Source of the DNA: Schmidtea nova
Taxonomy: Eukaryota
Direction: 5' to 3'
Assembly (NCBI GenBank): GCA_044892505.1
Contig: CM097882.1
Location: forward strand, 100,254,001-100,318,000
DNA: 64,000 bases
Position 1 is the first letter of the stretch. Every line of letters begins with the position of its first letter. Of this stretch, positions 46,781 through 60,700 are shown piece by piece. Under the pieces are notes generated by a model that made no database searches, was not told where the DNA came from, and saw nothing but the letters and a program-made list of their open reading frames with translations. Made by a program: the position numbers and the translations under genes.

Positions 46781-48059
46781 TTTGCCAATAATCTACGGAA
46801 ATTCCCACTTAGATTTTGAAGCGATCTTCAGGTGGATTATCGTCAGAGACACGCGAAAGTATTAATACGAGTATTAAATCACGACGATAAAGAAGACATT
46901 CATTTGAATTGAAAGAATTCCCATGGTATCTACGAATTACTGTCACAATCCGTCCCAATATCGGTTTCATTTGATAAATTGTTTTCCATTGAAGCAGAAC
47001 ACATCCTAAGAATATCGTTTTTCGTTGTTACACGATTTCCAGAATCAAATGCAACATTACCATCAATTTTGTCCATTTTTTCCTTTTCAATTTTCACAAA
47101 GGTTGATTAAAATTGTTGATCAACAATAAACAAGAATCCCACACACCAAATTCAAAATTTTTAAAAAACTTTCCAAAATACCAAAACAAATTCATTTATT
47201 CAAACAAACTATAAAATCCATAATTAATCCTTTCAGCATCTTAAAAAACAAATTTAAAATTGTCCATTATATAACTCCAAAATTCGAATAAAAATTGATT
47301 CGCAATTAGACTTAGAATTGAAATAAATTTAGGATTGACCATGTGCCGTGTTTATTTTTGAGCATTTAGTGCTTTTCTTTTCTGGCACTAAGTGCCTTTT
47401 GTTTGCTCTCAAAAGAAAAAAAACGAGCTTTTCATGCTCGTTTTAATAAATAAAAATTTTATTATAATAATAATGATGATAATTGTATAATAATAAGGTA
47501 ACAATAGTAAGCCTTCTCCGCAAAGTTTATTTAAATGAAATATTTCGATCTTAGAAAGATCCTGATCACTCCAATACGATATTCTTTCCAATTGACTTTT
47601 CACTATTTTCTGGATATTTTCTTTCTCCCGAATTCTTATTTAATGTTGATTATTAAAACCAATTAAGATTTATTCTTGAGATATATTAAATAAAATTGTA
47701 ATTTTAAATTATTTTTATTTAATTATTTTCAGCAATTAAAGCGTCTTATTTTAAAAAATAACAAAGTCAAATTTTTTTTTGATGTTTTAAATTGTTTTTT
47801 TTTCAAAAAAGAGCATTTTATTAATTAAAAGAACTTTGACTCCATGTGATTTTTTAAAATTTGTTTAAAAAAGGACGCTATTATTACTGAATATTATAAA
47901 GATGAGGTAAATTGTTACAAAAATCACAAAGATGAATAAATTTGTCACAATAAAATTGTCAAAAAGATAAAATAGATTTTTATCTGAATCACAAATTGTT
48001 ATGATTGTTCTTTTCCTCGGGAGAGATATCGCTAGTGGATGGATCAATATTTATATTAA

Positions 48060-48300
48060 CCCTTTCAATACGATTTTTTATTTTAATAATTCATGTAGTA
48101 TTTATAGCACAAAATATTTATTGCTAATTTAGTTTGACGGGAAAAACAAATATTTAAATAAATTATCATATTATTTATTGATTATTGCAAAATAATAATT
48201 GGGACACATTTTGGATATATTGGGACTTGTTTACGAGCCTATGACCGTACAGCACTAAAGAAATTCTCTGGGACAATATGTCGCTACAGTATTGAAAGGG
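48060..48300. mobile_element. piggyBac-type MITE
   Basis: 12-bp TIR CCCTTTCAATAC / GTATTGAAAGGG with TTAA on both sides. Confidence 0.85.
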
Positions 48301-48797
48301 TTAAGCCTGTATCTATTTGTCCCTATGCTATAGTCTTCATCCAACTCAAATACTTCTACCATTTTCCCTGTATTTAACAGAGAATCTTTGTGAGAAACTT
48401 ATTGAGAAATTGCTTATTGAGAGATTTGCTGAGAAAAGTTTGTTGAGTCGAATTTCAAGTCAAAACAAAGAAATCAATTAGTTGGTTACCCATTGTTGAA
48501 TCTAAATCAGTAGCTAGTAGTTGTTAGGCGGATATTATACGCTAGTACCAGTTTAATAGTAAAACCAGTTGTGATATTATTAATGATTCATGTTGTAATT
48601 GTTATTCTATTAAATAATAAAGCACGCATTTGGAGTCAGAAATTTGATTGGTAACTTTTAAATTTCACCAACAAACCAATAACCCAACAAAATGTAGTTT
48701 ACACAAACCATAATCACTCGACCGTAAATTCAAAAGGAGGGAAGATTTGTGAGCCATATATGACACAATACATTATTAACTTTTAAAACCGGGTGAT

Positions 48798-49055
48798 TTG
48801 AAATTCAAGAGTAAAAATTTAGAAATTCAATCAACAACCGAGACGGTAGATGTCAGAATATTTATTAACTTATATAAATTGCAAAAGAAATGTTGTAACT
48901 GGTTCAAACCCAAAATATTCCTAGCATTACGCCTTCAGAAATTTGATCTAGTAATTCTAAACATATTTTCAAGCGGCAAACTTGTTATGCTTGGAATAAA
49001 GGCTTTGGAATATAATAATTATGTGGAAATGTTATTAATGAAATATGTCAATTAA
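48798..49055 (+). pseudogene. Old Polinton relic: TBP-like gene
   Basis: LEIQSTTETVD..INL..L....FKPKIFLALR....LNIFSSGKLVMLGIK aligns with 41017-41484. Confidence 0.82.
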
Positions 49056-49169
49056 TTAAATAAAATTTGTTTGTATTAATTAATATTTCTTGATTTTGAA
49101 AATTTGAAAATGTCTAAAAGTAATGACTTGAGAATTTTTTTATACTAATTTATTCTATATTTTATTTAC

Positions 49170-49400
49170 TCGGCGTGATTCTTAAAAAATTCAGGAGCTG
49201 TATCTGACAAAAAAAGCAGTTTGAATTATTGCGCCACGAGTTGTTGGTACATTAAATCTAGTATTTCACGGGTATCAATATCGAGGAGTTGGTGTAAATA
49301 GACTACGATATGGTGCTTGTGACTGGTGTCAAATACGTTGAAAACTGCACTGAATGCAAAGATACAATTCGATTTTCTTGCACCAACGGTTGCGCTTGCT
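49170..49400 (+). pseudogene. Old Polinton relic: homologue of the 41660 gene
   Basis: KIQELY matches KLEELF, TGINIEELV matches TGIDINQIV, and NCTECKDTIR matches QCGSCVERIR. Confidence 0.6.
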
Positions 49401-49984
49401 ATCATGATTTTAAACTATAGCAATCGGTTCATATTTTGGTAGCCAAATTAATGAAGGCCTAATATTCAGATATTTACAATGCAAAATAAATTCAGATGTT
49501 CCAGAATATTTGCTTTGAAAAAATGTTTATTTTAAATTTTGTGTTTTTATTTAGAAATTTTATTGATAATAATTTTTGTTAGTATTTTTGTTAAATGTTT
49601 ATTGTTAGTTAATGCTTGGTGATTCCGAGAGTTTTGTTAGTCGTCTTTGTGTGTGAATTGTCATGCATATTGACCCTTTTGAATTATTGGCAATATATGG
49701 GAATCGACATTCTTACGTGGGACTTTGTTGGAACATAGCAGTGTTTTATGTGACTTGTAAAATATCCATGTTTTTGTAAAATAGTTGAAGAAAATTCAAA
49801 GTTTTTGAACAAATCTTTAAAAAATTAAATTTTTATTATTATCGATTATGCCATACAGTATCCAGAAAAAAATACTTCATCAATTACGTATCAAAATTAT
49901 CATATAATTATCTAGCTAATTGATTACATAACAATGAAGTAGTAAATAATTATTATTTATTATGTAATTTTTTTAAACCCCTAA

Positions 49985-50646
49985 ATCTTTGGGTTCACTA
50001 AATGTTTCTAGCGTGATATTAGTATTTTTGATTCAACGTTGCTTCAGTAAGCCAGTGGTTCTCAAACTGGTGTTCCGGCGATCACTTTCAAGTGTTCCGC
50101 GAAAAAATCAAATGTACAATTCAATTAAAAATTGTTCGCAAATAAAAATCAATTCAATATAAAATTTATGCGTACCATTCGGCTTTGTATAAATACAAAC
50201 ATAATGGAGTGTTTTTGCGAAGATTATTATTTTTTATTGCTCTTTTGATTTTAAAAAGGTTAACTACCCACGCCCCCTGTTTTAAAGTTTATGTTGTATT
50301 GTAGATGTTCAGCCAAAAAATGTATCATAGTTTAGTGTTCCCCGACTTCAAAAAGTTTGAGAACAACTGCAGTAAGCAACTAAATGTTCTTTTTAAGCTA
50401 CTTTAACCTTATTATCAAATCCAATTTGTCGCAATATCGTGTTTTATAGGATATTTCATTGTTAAAATATTTTTCTTAGACTGGAATTTATTATCAACTT
50501 AACTATATTTTTGTCCTGTGTCAATCATAACACCTTGATATCTTGGTTGATCAATAATCGGCGGAAATACAGTTCTTTTGAACAAGTCCTACTTTACACA
50601 TAGAAGATCCATCATCTATAACTGAAGCAGCAACATCTTTTTCCAT
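49985..50646 (-). pseudogene. act: Decayed, intronless actin pseudogene interrupted by a hAT MITE
   Basis: MEKDVAASVIDDGSSMCKVG, FPPIIDQPRYQGVM, QSKKNILTMKYPIKH..TNW and, across the MITE, EHLVLLTEATLN. Confidence 0.85.
50053..50369. mobile_element. hAT (Charlie-like) MITE
   Basis: TIR CAGTGGTTCTCAAACT / AGTTTGAGAACAACTG; perfect 8-bp TSD CAGTAAGC. Confidence 0.9.
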
Positions 50647-51889
50647 TTTTTCGTTATAACAATAATGAACAGTTTAAAAATCCAACCGGGAAAGCTTAAG
50701 AAACTTTATTAATTCCAATTAGTAATTGCCAATTTTCCAGATTAAACATAAATTTCTTCTGAACCATGCTGCAAAGAGCTTGTATAGAAATCTTTCTACA
50801 ACAACGGAAGCAATTCAAAATCTACAATGAACACACGTACCAAAATTTCCATGTATGCGCATGCACAACGAATAAAAAATAAAAAACAACTGCTTATTAA
50901 CATGCAAAGAAAAATATAACCTCAGGCACACGGATACACACACCGCTGAATTTACTAGTACTTTTAAAATAAGTAGTTCAGGTGAGAAAGTCGTCGAGTT
51001 GTTTGATTAAATTTGTTGGATATTTATCAATCAGTCGGTGCTGTTGGTCTGACTCCTTGGAGTTCTTATTAAATTCATTCAAGAAAAACCCAACACAGTA
51101 AGATTTATTCGAAAGTATGATACTTTTTACAACAACTATTTGACACAATGTTTGATAATAATAAGTCTTTTTACACAATTTCAACAACTTTTATTCTCAT
51201 TGCTTTTCTGATTAAGCGTAATAATAAGTCTCACAAAGAAAGATTTCTTTTTCTGGTACGCTCTAAAGAATTAATTTGATTCTGAATAAAACTAATATTT
51301 AACTAAAGTTTGTCTTCGACCACTCTGACAAACTTTTGAATTTGCTTCTTCTTTTTATACTGTTTAGCTTGATGATTTTTCTTATTTGATAAGGTTGTCT
51401 GGTGGTTGTCTATCAAGTTAGCACTTCCTAATCTAATTCATTATAATAAAATTGATAATTACTTTTCCGTCAATTAGGGTTTTTAGGTTTAGTTTAAAAT
51501 CAATTTTCCTGGGGATAATTAACATGTCTCGCTGATCATCCTGGCTTCCCATGCTTCTCGAGATTTTGGATTTCCCATCAGCCAAATTTATTTATTAATT
51601 TTTTCAATTATTTTCTTCTTTATACCCACCATTAGTTTTATTTTACCATTTTTGGATTTGTCTCACTATTTGGCATACAACCTTACCAATTTCCTCCACC
51701 AAATCTTTATTTATTTTTACATTTTTATTAATTTTCATGGTTAAATTATTACTAAGAAAATTTTTATATTTTTATTGATCAAGTTTTGTGCTTTTTCCTT
51801 TTGTATTTGAGCTTATCATACTAAACCTCAACAAATTTAACAACGGTAGATTTCGTATTAATTCATTTTATACTATCATAATTATCTTT

Positions 51890-52090
51890 TTTCACCTTTG
51901 ATCTTTTTTTATTATTATTATCAATAATTCTCATAATGACTATAGATCAAAATTTTTTTTTTATAAACAATAACACAATATTTCGGCACAGCCTTTATCA
52001 AGTGATAAAGGCTGTGCCGAAATATTGTGTTATTGTTTATAAAAAAAAAATTTTGATCTATAGTCATTATGAGAATTATTGATAATAATA
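51890..52090 (+). repeat. Foldback palindromic element, family A (copy 4)
   Basis: Arms almost identical to the copy at 8190; very short loop. Confidence 0.88.
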
Positions 52091-52299
52091 ATTCATTTTA
52101 TATTAATAAGTTTGGCTTTATTCTTAAAACATCACTAATGGAATCACTGGAATCCCGAGATGCAGAACTAAGAGCAAACAATTAGGAATGAGATGATAAT
52201 ATTAAAAATTGAGGAAGTCAAACAATAAACTAAAAGGTGATTGTTAATTATAAAGTGCAAAAAGAAACAAGGATATTCCTAAATTATAAACAAAAACAA

Positions 52300-53020
52300 G
52301 AGGAAGGTTTAATTTTCAATAGATTGTCTGAGATGAGGAAAATGTAACGGGAAGAATCGGGAAACATAAAAATATTAATATCAAAAATCATATATCTCGA
52401 CAGCTGTCAGAGATAGAAGGAAACCATAATGAGATATGAGGTGTGCCGTGGGCAGAAAGCATAAATAATCTAGTGCACTAGATAATGATAGACCACAAAA
52501 TGGAAAAACCACAGGAGATGAATTATAATTTCGATTAAAGAAATTAAAATTTAGAAAAGGAGAAGTTAGATTGGAGAAATTAAAATTTGTGGTAGAGGAA
52601 AAAGTAATAAAGTCAATTAGAATTGAATTGATGTAACATTTGATAAAATTAAATTAAACGTAGACAAATAAGAACTAATTGGGCAAGAAAGGAGTCGAAG
52701 CTGATCAAGTTCATTACCGAGTCAAAGCAAGGGAACAATCAGGCTTATAATTCAATTGTTGAACCAAGTCAGTAATCAGTGATCGTAAATTTTAGATATT
52801 ACACGCTAGAGTTATTATTCACGAAGTGTCATAATAAGCACTGCGTAATAACATGCAGTGATATTGAATTGGGCGTGTCATTGTAATTTGAGTAGCCAAC
52901 TGTGATAATCAATAAAGTTTTATATTGTCTGAAAATGTTTTTTGTGGGTCAAATAAAGCGCGTTTGGAGTCAGAAAAATAATTGGTGAATTAATATTTCA
53001 CCGCAACCCAATAATCCAAG
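52300..53020. repeat. LTR-like repeat related to the solo LTR hosting the Polinton
   Basis: Shared blocks TATCTCGACAGCT.GTCAGAGATA, TTCACGAAGTGTC.TAATAAGC, ATAATCAATAAAGTTT, TTTGGAGTCAGA; ends approximate. Confidence 0.6.
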
Positions 53021-54084
53021 TAAATATTCTGTACTTTCTAAAAACTTTTTGAAAATTATCTGAAATTTAAAATCTCTTGAATCCTAGAATTTCAGAGAAT
53101 TCCCAGACCAGAAAAATATTAACTCTGTCTTTTCGTAATCCTCCCGTATTATGCCTAGTTTATCCATCAAGCAAATTAATCCTATTATAGCATTAATCTT
53201 ACGACTCTCGTCAACTCTTTCATCAGTTTCTAACTTTGAAATTGGATTTTTGAGATTTTTTTTATTAATTTTGAAAAGAATTTAAAGGTCCAAGGATAAA
53301 TAAATTTAATTACAGATAATTTATTGAAAGATTAAACTCTAAAATCTTGCAAAATTGAAATATAAAAATTAAAATCTAAAATGAGCGTTTGGACAGTTGA
53401 TGAGTATAAAAAAGTTCAATCTACTTTCAATCGGAGAATTTTCTTTTTTTCTTTTTTTTTCTCAATTCAACAATTGAGATTGATGAAATGAATTTATAAA
53501 ATTAATTGTCATTTTCGTGATTTATTGAGAGATTATTTTCCAAAAATTTCAAATTTTTTCAAGTTTCAGTTTGTTCTTAAATTGGTTAAAACTAAATAAA
53601 TTAATAACAATAACAATAATAAAATAAATTTTTAAAAATGCCGATAGAGACACGTATCGAATAAAAGCAGGTTTATTGATGGGTTTTAACAATGAGTAGG
53701 TATGTTTTTAGGCGGACTACCCTGATAAGTAGCACTCGAAATTTATTCAAAAATCCTACTCCGAAGAGATAGGTAGATCCTTTCGGATTAGCCTGGCTGT
53801 AATAAGATCACAGACTCACTTCCATCAGCTTTTCGAATTATTTACGTCTTCTAGCCTAGATCGGAGTTGGGATAGCAGACTTGAATTCCGCATATGTGGA
53901 TAAGGTGTTAGGACATGGGGACATCGGGTATCGGAAAATCAGGATATCAGTATAGGGAGACATCGGGACATTGGAAGATCTAGATATCAGGACATCGAGA
54001 TATCGAGACATAAGGAAATTTGTATTATGGGGATATCGGGTTGTTGGAACATCGAGAAATAGGTTTATTGTGGTATTAGGGTGT

Positions 54085-54756
54085 TAATGCTGTATATTTT
54101 TTATTATTGTTATTGTTGATGTAAAATTATTGTTAAAACTGTATCTTTTTATGATATTTGTTAATATTATGATGATTATTATTTACGCTATTATTATTAT
54201 CGTGGGCGTTCTTGCGGACACCGGAGAGCCACCCTCCCTATGTTTTGTTTTTGTCAGATAATTTGAAAAAGATTAAAAACAAAGAAATAATAATAATTTA
54301 AATATTTTAATTAGAAATTCAACAACAAAAAACACAATAAAAGAATTTAAAAAAAACGCCATTATCACCCCATGCACAAAACAATACAGTGACTGTTTCA
54401 AATAACACAACAACTACACACGCAATCAAAAATAACATGCAAACACATCTCAATGTACATTTTTATTTTTTATTATTGAGTTTTTAAATAAAGCACATAA
54501 CATACAAAACAAACACAAAACATAAATGAATATATGTAGAGAATATGTCCGATTTATTTTTGTAAGAAATGTAACATCCGGTTTTAAACGGGGAAGTTAT
54601 GTTAATGATGTATATTTTATATTATTGTTATTGTTGAAGTAAAGTTATTGTTAATACTGTATTTTTTATGATATTTGTTAATATTATGATGATTATTATT
54701 TTCGCTATTATTATTATGGTGGGCGTTCTTGCGGATACCGGAGAGCCACCCCCCTT
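54085..54756. repeat. Two direct copies of about 160-170 bp (54085-54240 and 54602-54756)
   Basis: Both end in GTGGGCGTTCTTGCGGA(C/T)ACCGGAGAGCCACC. Confidence 0.85.
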
Positions 54757-55878
54757 TTGTCAGAAAATATGAAAATATGAAAAAGATTAAAAACAAAGAA
54801 ATAATAATAATTTAAAAATTATAATAAGAAATTATAATAAGAAATTATAATTAGAAATTCAAAAAAAATCGATGCACAATAACAAAAATTAACTATGGAA
54901 TAAGAGTTAAAATTGGAATTCGCAAACCAAAATTGAAAAAAACTAAAGAAACAAAAAATACTAGAGAAACTTGATCAAAAGAAATAAAACAAAACAATAG
55001 GAAAAGAAACAAGATTAATAAGGAAATTAAATTTTAAAGAAAAGTTACGTGAGTACTGGTTTTTTATCCTTGTTATTGAGCATTAAAAGTTGTTGTACAA
55101 TTTTCTAGTTTTGGTTCTTATAATGGTTTGTTACTACACATTCACTATATACGCACACCAGCATTCACACAAAATACATAGCATTCACCCCAGCTGGGCT
55201 CGACAGATTTCTTTAAAAATAATTTATAAAAAATTTAATACAAAAATACAAATTTACTCAACATGTAACATATAAAACAAGAGGATAGGATATTGGAATG
55301 TCATATATTGGCAATATTAAGACGTCTGTTCATCGGGACATCTGTGGTGATAGGGTATTCGGCACATGTTGATCACATGATAGTAAATATCATTGTTGTA
55401 AGTTTAGCATATTTAAAGACAAGACAACAAAAAAAGGCCGAGATGAGGGTACATCCTTTTCTCTTATAACATATAAAATAAAAATTATACTGAAAATCAT
55501 CGATAAATAATAAGAATGCGCATATGTAGGAGTTAAGAACAGTATCTGTGCTAGACAACCAACACAGATGCATTCTTACATTATCATACATTATCATTTC
55601 TGACTCGTGCTCATATTTAAAATTAATCAAATGGCCATCACAATAATTTTTATTTAATCTAGTACAATAATTTACATTTGTCAATAACGTTCTTTTTTTG
55701 CACTTTTACAGCAATAGGGTATTTTCTTGTACGCAGATTTGATTTAATTCGCTGATACTATAACACTGTCAATTCCTTAACTTCTTAATTCTGAAATTTT
55801 TGAAAATCTGTTTGACCAAGCTGGAGACTTTTAGAATTTTAACTGAGTTTATATAATATAACTGTCACTTGATTTGAT

Positions 55879-56150
55879 TAGGACCCTCCATACACCTTTG
55901 AAGGTATGACCATCATACTTACCTCTCAATTACCTTTTGTTTGATATATAACTTGTAAGGATTGTAAAAGGTTAAAGGTTTTTGACCCTTTTAAGGTTCA
56001 GGACCCTCCATACACCTTCGAAGGTATGAACATCATACTAACCTCTCAATTACCTTTTGTTTGATATATAACTTGTAAGGATTGTAAAAGGTTAAAGGTT
56101 TTTGATCCCTTGAGGTTAAGAACCCACCATAGACCTTCGAGGGTATTTTT
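55879..56150. repeat. 120-bp tandem repeat, about 2.3 copies
   Basis: GGACCCTCCATACACCTT... recurs at about 55881 and 56001, partially at 56121. Confidence 0.88.
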
Positions 56151-57752
56151 CACGGCATTATCGAATTTCTATATTATCTTTCGGAGTTTCTGAAATTGCT
56201 TCTGAATTTTCACTAAAAATAATTTGTTTGGGTAATTAAATTACTTTGTTTATCATATACATTTCGGATTTTTTTCTTTACAATGGAGGTTCGCGTTAGT
56301 TAATTTGGTCGGGGTAATTGGGGTACTTGTTGACACTTGGGCTTCTTCTTAGTTATCTATTTTGCTTTGTTAATTAAATAATTTTTTGATGGCTCAGGTT
56401 TTCCATCCCACTTGGTTTTCCATACAGCTCAGTTTTACCATACTTCTCGGGTTTCCAATTAGCTCGAGTTTTCCATTAGCTCGGGTTTCCCATTTGGTAA
56501 ATAGTTTTTTAATTATTTTTTTGACCTTAATATTTCTTTCTGGAGACCCCTCTTTGATTTTTTATTATTATATTTTGATTCGTCTTATCATTTGGCATCC
56601 GCTCATATCATTTTCCCCCGCAAAATATTTATTTATAATTTTCCAAATGTTTTAATTAATTTTTCAATTGAATTATTACTTTCTGAATTTTCCATGTTTT
56701 GATTGATTTGTACTTAGTTTTGTGCTTTTTATTTAATTTCGTGCTTGTTTAGACAAACCCCAACAATATTAAGAATTTCAATACAAATACCAAATATTAA
56801 TTTTCTTTTTTAGAAATTTTTATTTATATCAATATAGAATTATTTATACTTGGTATATTTATTTTGTTAATTAAAACAAATTTAATTTCCAAAAGTAATA
56901 TTAATAAATTGTATCTGAATTCAGTTGATAGATATTCTAAATATTTCTCGAATATATAGAAATTTTATTTTAATAAATAAATTATTTTATCATAGCTATA
57001 CCATTGATACAGAATTCTGCGGTGGAAAGTAATAGAAATACAAATAGCCCATTAGCAATATTTGCTGACTGGACTCTTGCCTGAAATGATGGACCCTAAT
57101 AACAATGGGCACTTTCCCAGACCTAAAAGATTATCATTTTATTGAAATTTAATTTTTAATATCTTTTAGATATTTTATGGAATTTTCAATTTGTTATGAT
57201 CACTTTGGCATTTGGCAAGAAATTGAATGAAAAATTATTTAAGGCAGCAAAATTATAATAAATTTTCGGTACGGGAATTAATTTTTTTAATATAAATCAA
57301 GTAAATGGGTGCCCTCTTTGTTGTTCTAATTAATTTATAATTAATTTATAATTGAAGATTCTGGTTACACCATTACGAAATTTATCTGGCCTTCTGATCT
57401 TTCCGATTTAATCTTTACTACTTACTGTCTATTTGCATTCGGAATGCATTTTAACATAAAAATTTATTGTCAATTAAATATTTAGGCTCTGTGATTATAT
57501 TGTTGAGAAGGGCTTCATGGATTGTGAAGGGTTTTAATTAATAATAAGTACTAATAATAGGTCAATTACTATTTCTGTGACAAATTAACCGGCAAATATT
57601 GATAATAAACTTTTACTGAAAATGAGAGCCGGTATTATTTTGACGTTCACTCAAGGATTTTCCTCATTACTCTATCCCATCATCTTTTTGCTTCACCTTT
57701 GATCTTTTTTTTAATATTAATTTCAATAATTCTCATAATGGAAAGACTATAG

Positions 57753-60700
57753 TGTTATAATGCACGCATAAGAATTCTTAATATTCAAATTATATTTATT
57801 ATAAAATGATAAGTTATTTAAACAAAATATTAAAACGATAATTAACACGATTATTGTTAATTATCATTGACAATATTATGATATCCTTTCATCAGCAGCA
57901 CCCACATCTATGTTTCGATCGATGTCTCCCACTGCGTCTAATGTCGGATTCGGCTGGTACTTTTTCTTGCGTAAGTTGTGCGTCTTTGACTTCCTGGATC
58001 TGCCGGCGGTCTGAGATTTGGTTATTGCTAACCAACGTCACATTGTCGTTCTGACTCTCGATGGTGATGTATGAAGTGTTGTTGCCCTTAGTCATGATAA
58101 ATTCGCCCTCTTTTGGTTCCACATCCTCACTGGCTTTGTACCAGATGTCCTGGCCTTGTTGAAATTTAGACATTATTGGAGCTCTAGGCTGTCGCCTGAA
58201 AACAATCTCTGCGGGTGATTTCCCCCTCGATGTCGATGAAATTCTGTGGTGGAATAAGATTTTCTGTAGGAAGGTATTGAAATCACAATGTGTCCGAAGC
58301 TCGTTCCATCCTTTGAGAGCTTTCTTGACAGTTTGTACAGCCCTTTCTGCTGATCCGTTTGATCTAGGGAAGTATGCCGGCGATTCTAGTTTCATTGCTC
58401 CTTGGCTGTTGATCCACGCGTTTAGCTCATGTGAAGTGAATTCCTGGGCATTATCCGAGACGATGCATTCCGGGACTCCAAACCTGGTGAAAACAGTTCG
58501 TAAGCACGTGATCACTGACTTACTCGTTTTATCGGATGTCTTGAAGGCTTCAATCCATCCAGAACCAGCGTCTACAATAATGAGCACGTCGCCCACCTCT
58601 TTGATGTGGGCCCAATCCATATGTACTCTTTGGAATGGTTTCGCTTCTGGCCATTTGTGAATGCTCTTCTCTGGGCGAGGATGTAGTTTCTTGCAAATTA
58701 CACATGACCTAATGAAGTTGTCGATGTCTCCGTGGATTCCAGGCCACCAAGATGATGCCTTTAGCCGGTAAAATGTTGATTGTAGACCAGAATGTGTCTC
58801 ATTGTGTGCTATGTCAATGCATTTCTTCCTTAGTTTTGGTGGAATGAATAGACGTAACCCGTGGTAAAGCAGTCCATCTTCAATTGTTAGTCGGTCTGAT
58901 ATTTTCTTGAATGGCATTTCTGATTGTGAGCACTTCGACCAATTGCCTTTCTTGATGCGACGCATGATATCTCTGGCCAACTTGTTTAGCGATGTTTCCA
59001 ATCTGACCTCTGAGGCATTTAATAAGCCCTCGCTAAACTGGACCGTGAAAACACTCAATGTGTTCTTGGTTTTGATTTCCTCGTTTGCTTCCTTTTCATC
59101 GATGAATTTTAGTCTTGATAGTGCATCTGCATGCGGGATCTGCTTTCCCATAACATAGTATATTTCATAATCGTACTGCATCAACAGCATGGCCCACCTT
59201 GAAATTCGATTGGATGTTCGCCTTGGAATCGGTGATTCGCTACCGAATAGGGATTGGAGTGGTTGGTGGTCTGTATTCACCTTGAATTTCCTCCCTAATA
59301 AGAAGTGTTGTAGTCTAGATATAGACCATACTATGGCTAAAGCCTCTCTCTCTATGTTAGAGTAATTTTTTTCGGCAGCCGAAAGTGTTCTGGAAATGTA
59401 GATCACAGGATGGCCATCTTGGGTTAGGACAGCTGCTATGGCGTGTTTAGATGCATCAGTCGTCAATGTGGCTTCCTTTTCGAGGCTGTAAGGTTGCACA
59501 ACTGGATACGTTGAAATTTCTTGTTTTAGTGCTTTGAATTGGTTCGAGCATTCCTTGTTCCAATCGAACTTTACACCTTTTTTTTTCAATTCGTTGATTA
59601 CTCTTGTTTTGTCTGAAAAATTTGGAATTAACCTACCAAAGTAATTAATTAACCCGATGAAAGATTCTACTTCCTCCTTGCATGTTGGTTCTTTTATATT
59701 GTTTATTTTGCTGACGAGACTTTTATCAGGTGTGATACCCTTTGACGATATTTCGAAACCCAAGAAGGAAACACTATCGGTAAGTTCAATAGTCTTTGCT
59801 TGGTTGATTGTAACTTTTTTCTCTTTAAGGCGCAATTTTACCGTTTGCAGTCTATTCCTTAGTGATTCTTCATTCTCGGCATAAATCAGTACGTCGTCTT
59901 GGTAGATTAGTATTCCTTTGATATCTTTAAGTATTTGCTCCATTGTCCTTTGAAAGATTGCAGAGGCGTTCTTCATACCCATCTGTAATCTATTTACAAT
60001 AAACATACCTTTTGTCGTATTTATGCACGATATCTCTTTTGCTTTATCGTCTAATTCTATCTGCCAATATGCCGATGTGAGATCGAGCTTTGCAAATTTG
60101 TTAACATTCTTTAGTTTTGAGAAAATTGTTTCGACGTTCGGAATGGGGTATGCATCGGTCTTTATCTTTTTATTGATATGCACTTTGAAGTCAACGCATA
60201 ATCTGAGGTCGCCATTGCTCTTTTTTACCCAAACCACGGGCGAAGAATTCAGTACGGGTTTGGTGCACGGAGAGATTACTCCTAATCGCTGTAACCTTAT
60301 TAGTTCATCGTTGACCTTGTTTTCTAAAGCTAATGGTATTGGCCTAGCCTTACAGAACATGGGCTTCGCATCGTCGATTAAATCCATAGAAGCTTTTATA
60401 CCTTTGATTGCTGGTAACACTTGAGATTCTGTTGTCTTCGTGATTTGACACTGTAAGATTCCGTGTCGTGTCTGCTGCAGTATATCCATTCCTATTAGTC
60501 CGAAGTCCTTCATAGATTGAATGACTGTGATTGTTACCGGAAGCACTTGCTTTTCCCATTCCACAGTTGTCAGAAACGAGCCGTGGCATTGCATGATATG
60601 CCCATCGTAGGCTTCAAGCTTTCTTCTTGTCTTGTCAAGCTTCGGTCTTCCCATGTCTTCCCACATCTTGGATGATATGATTGATACAGATGCGCCGGTA

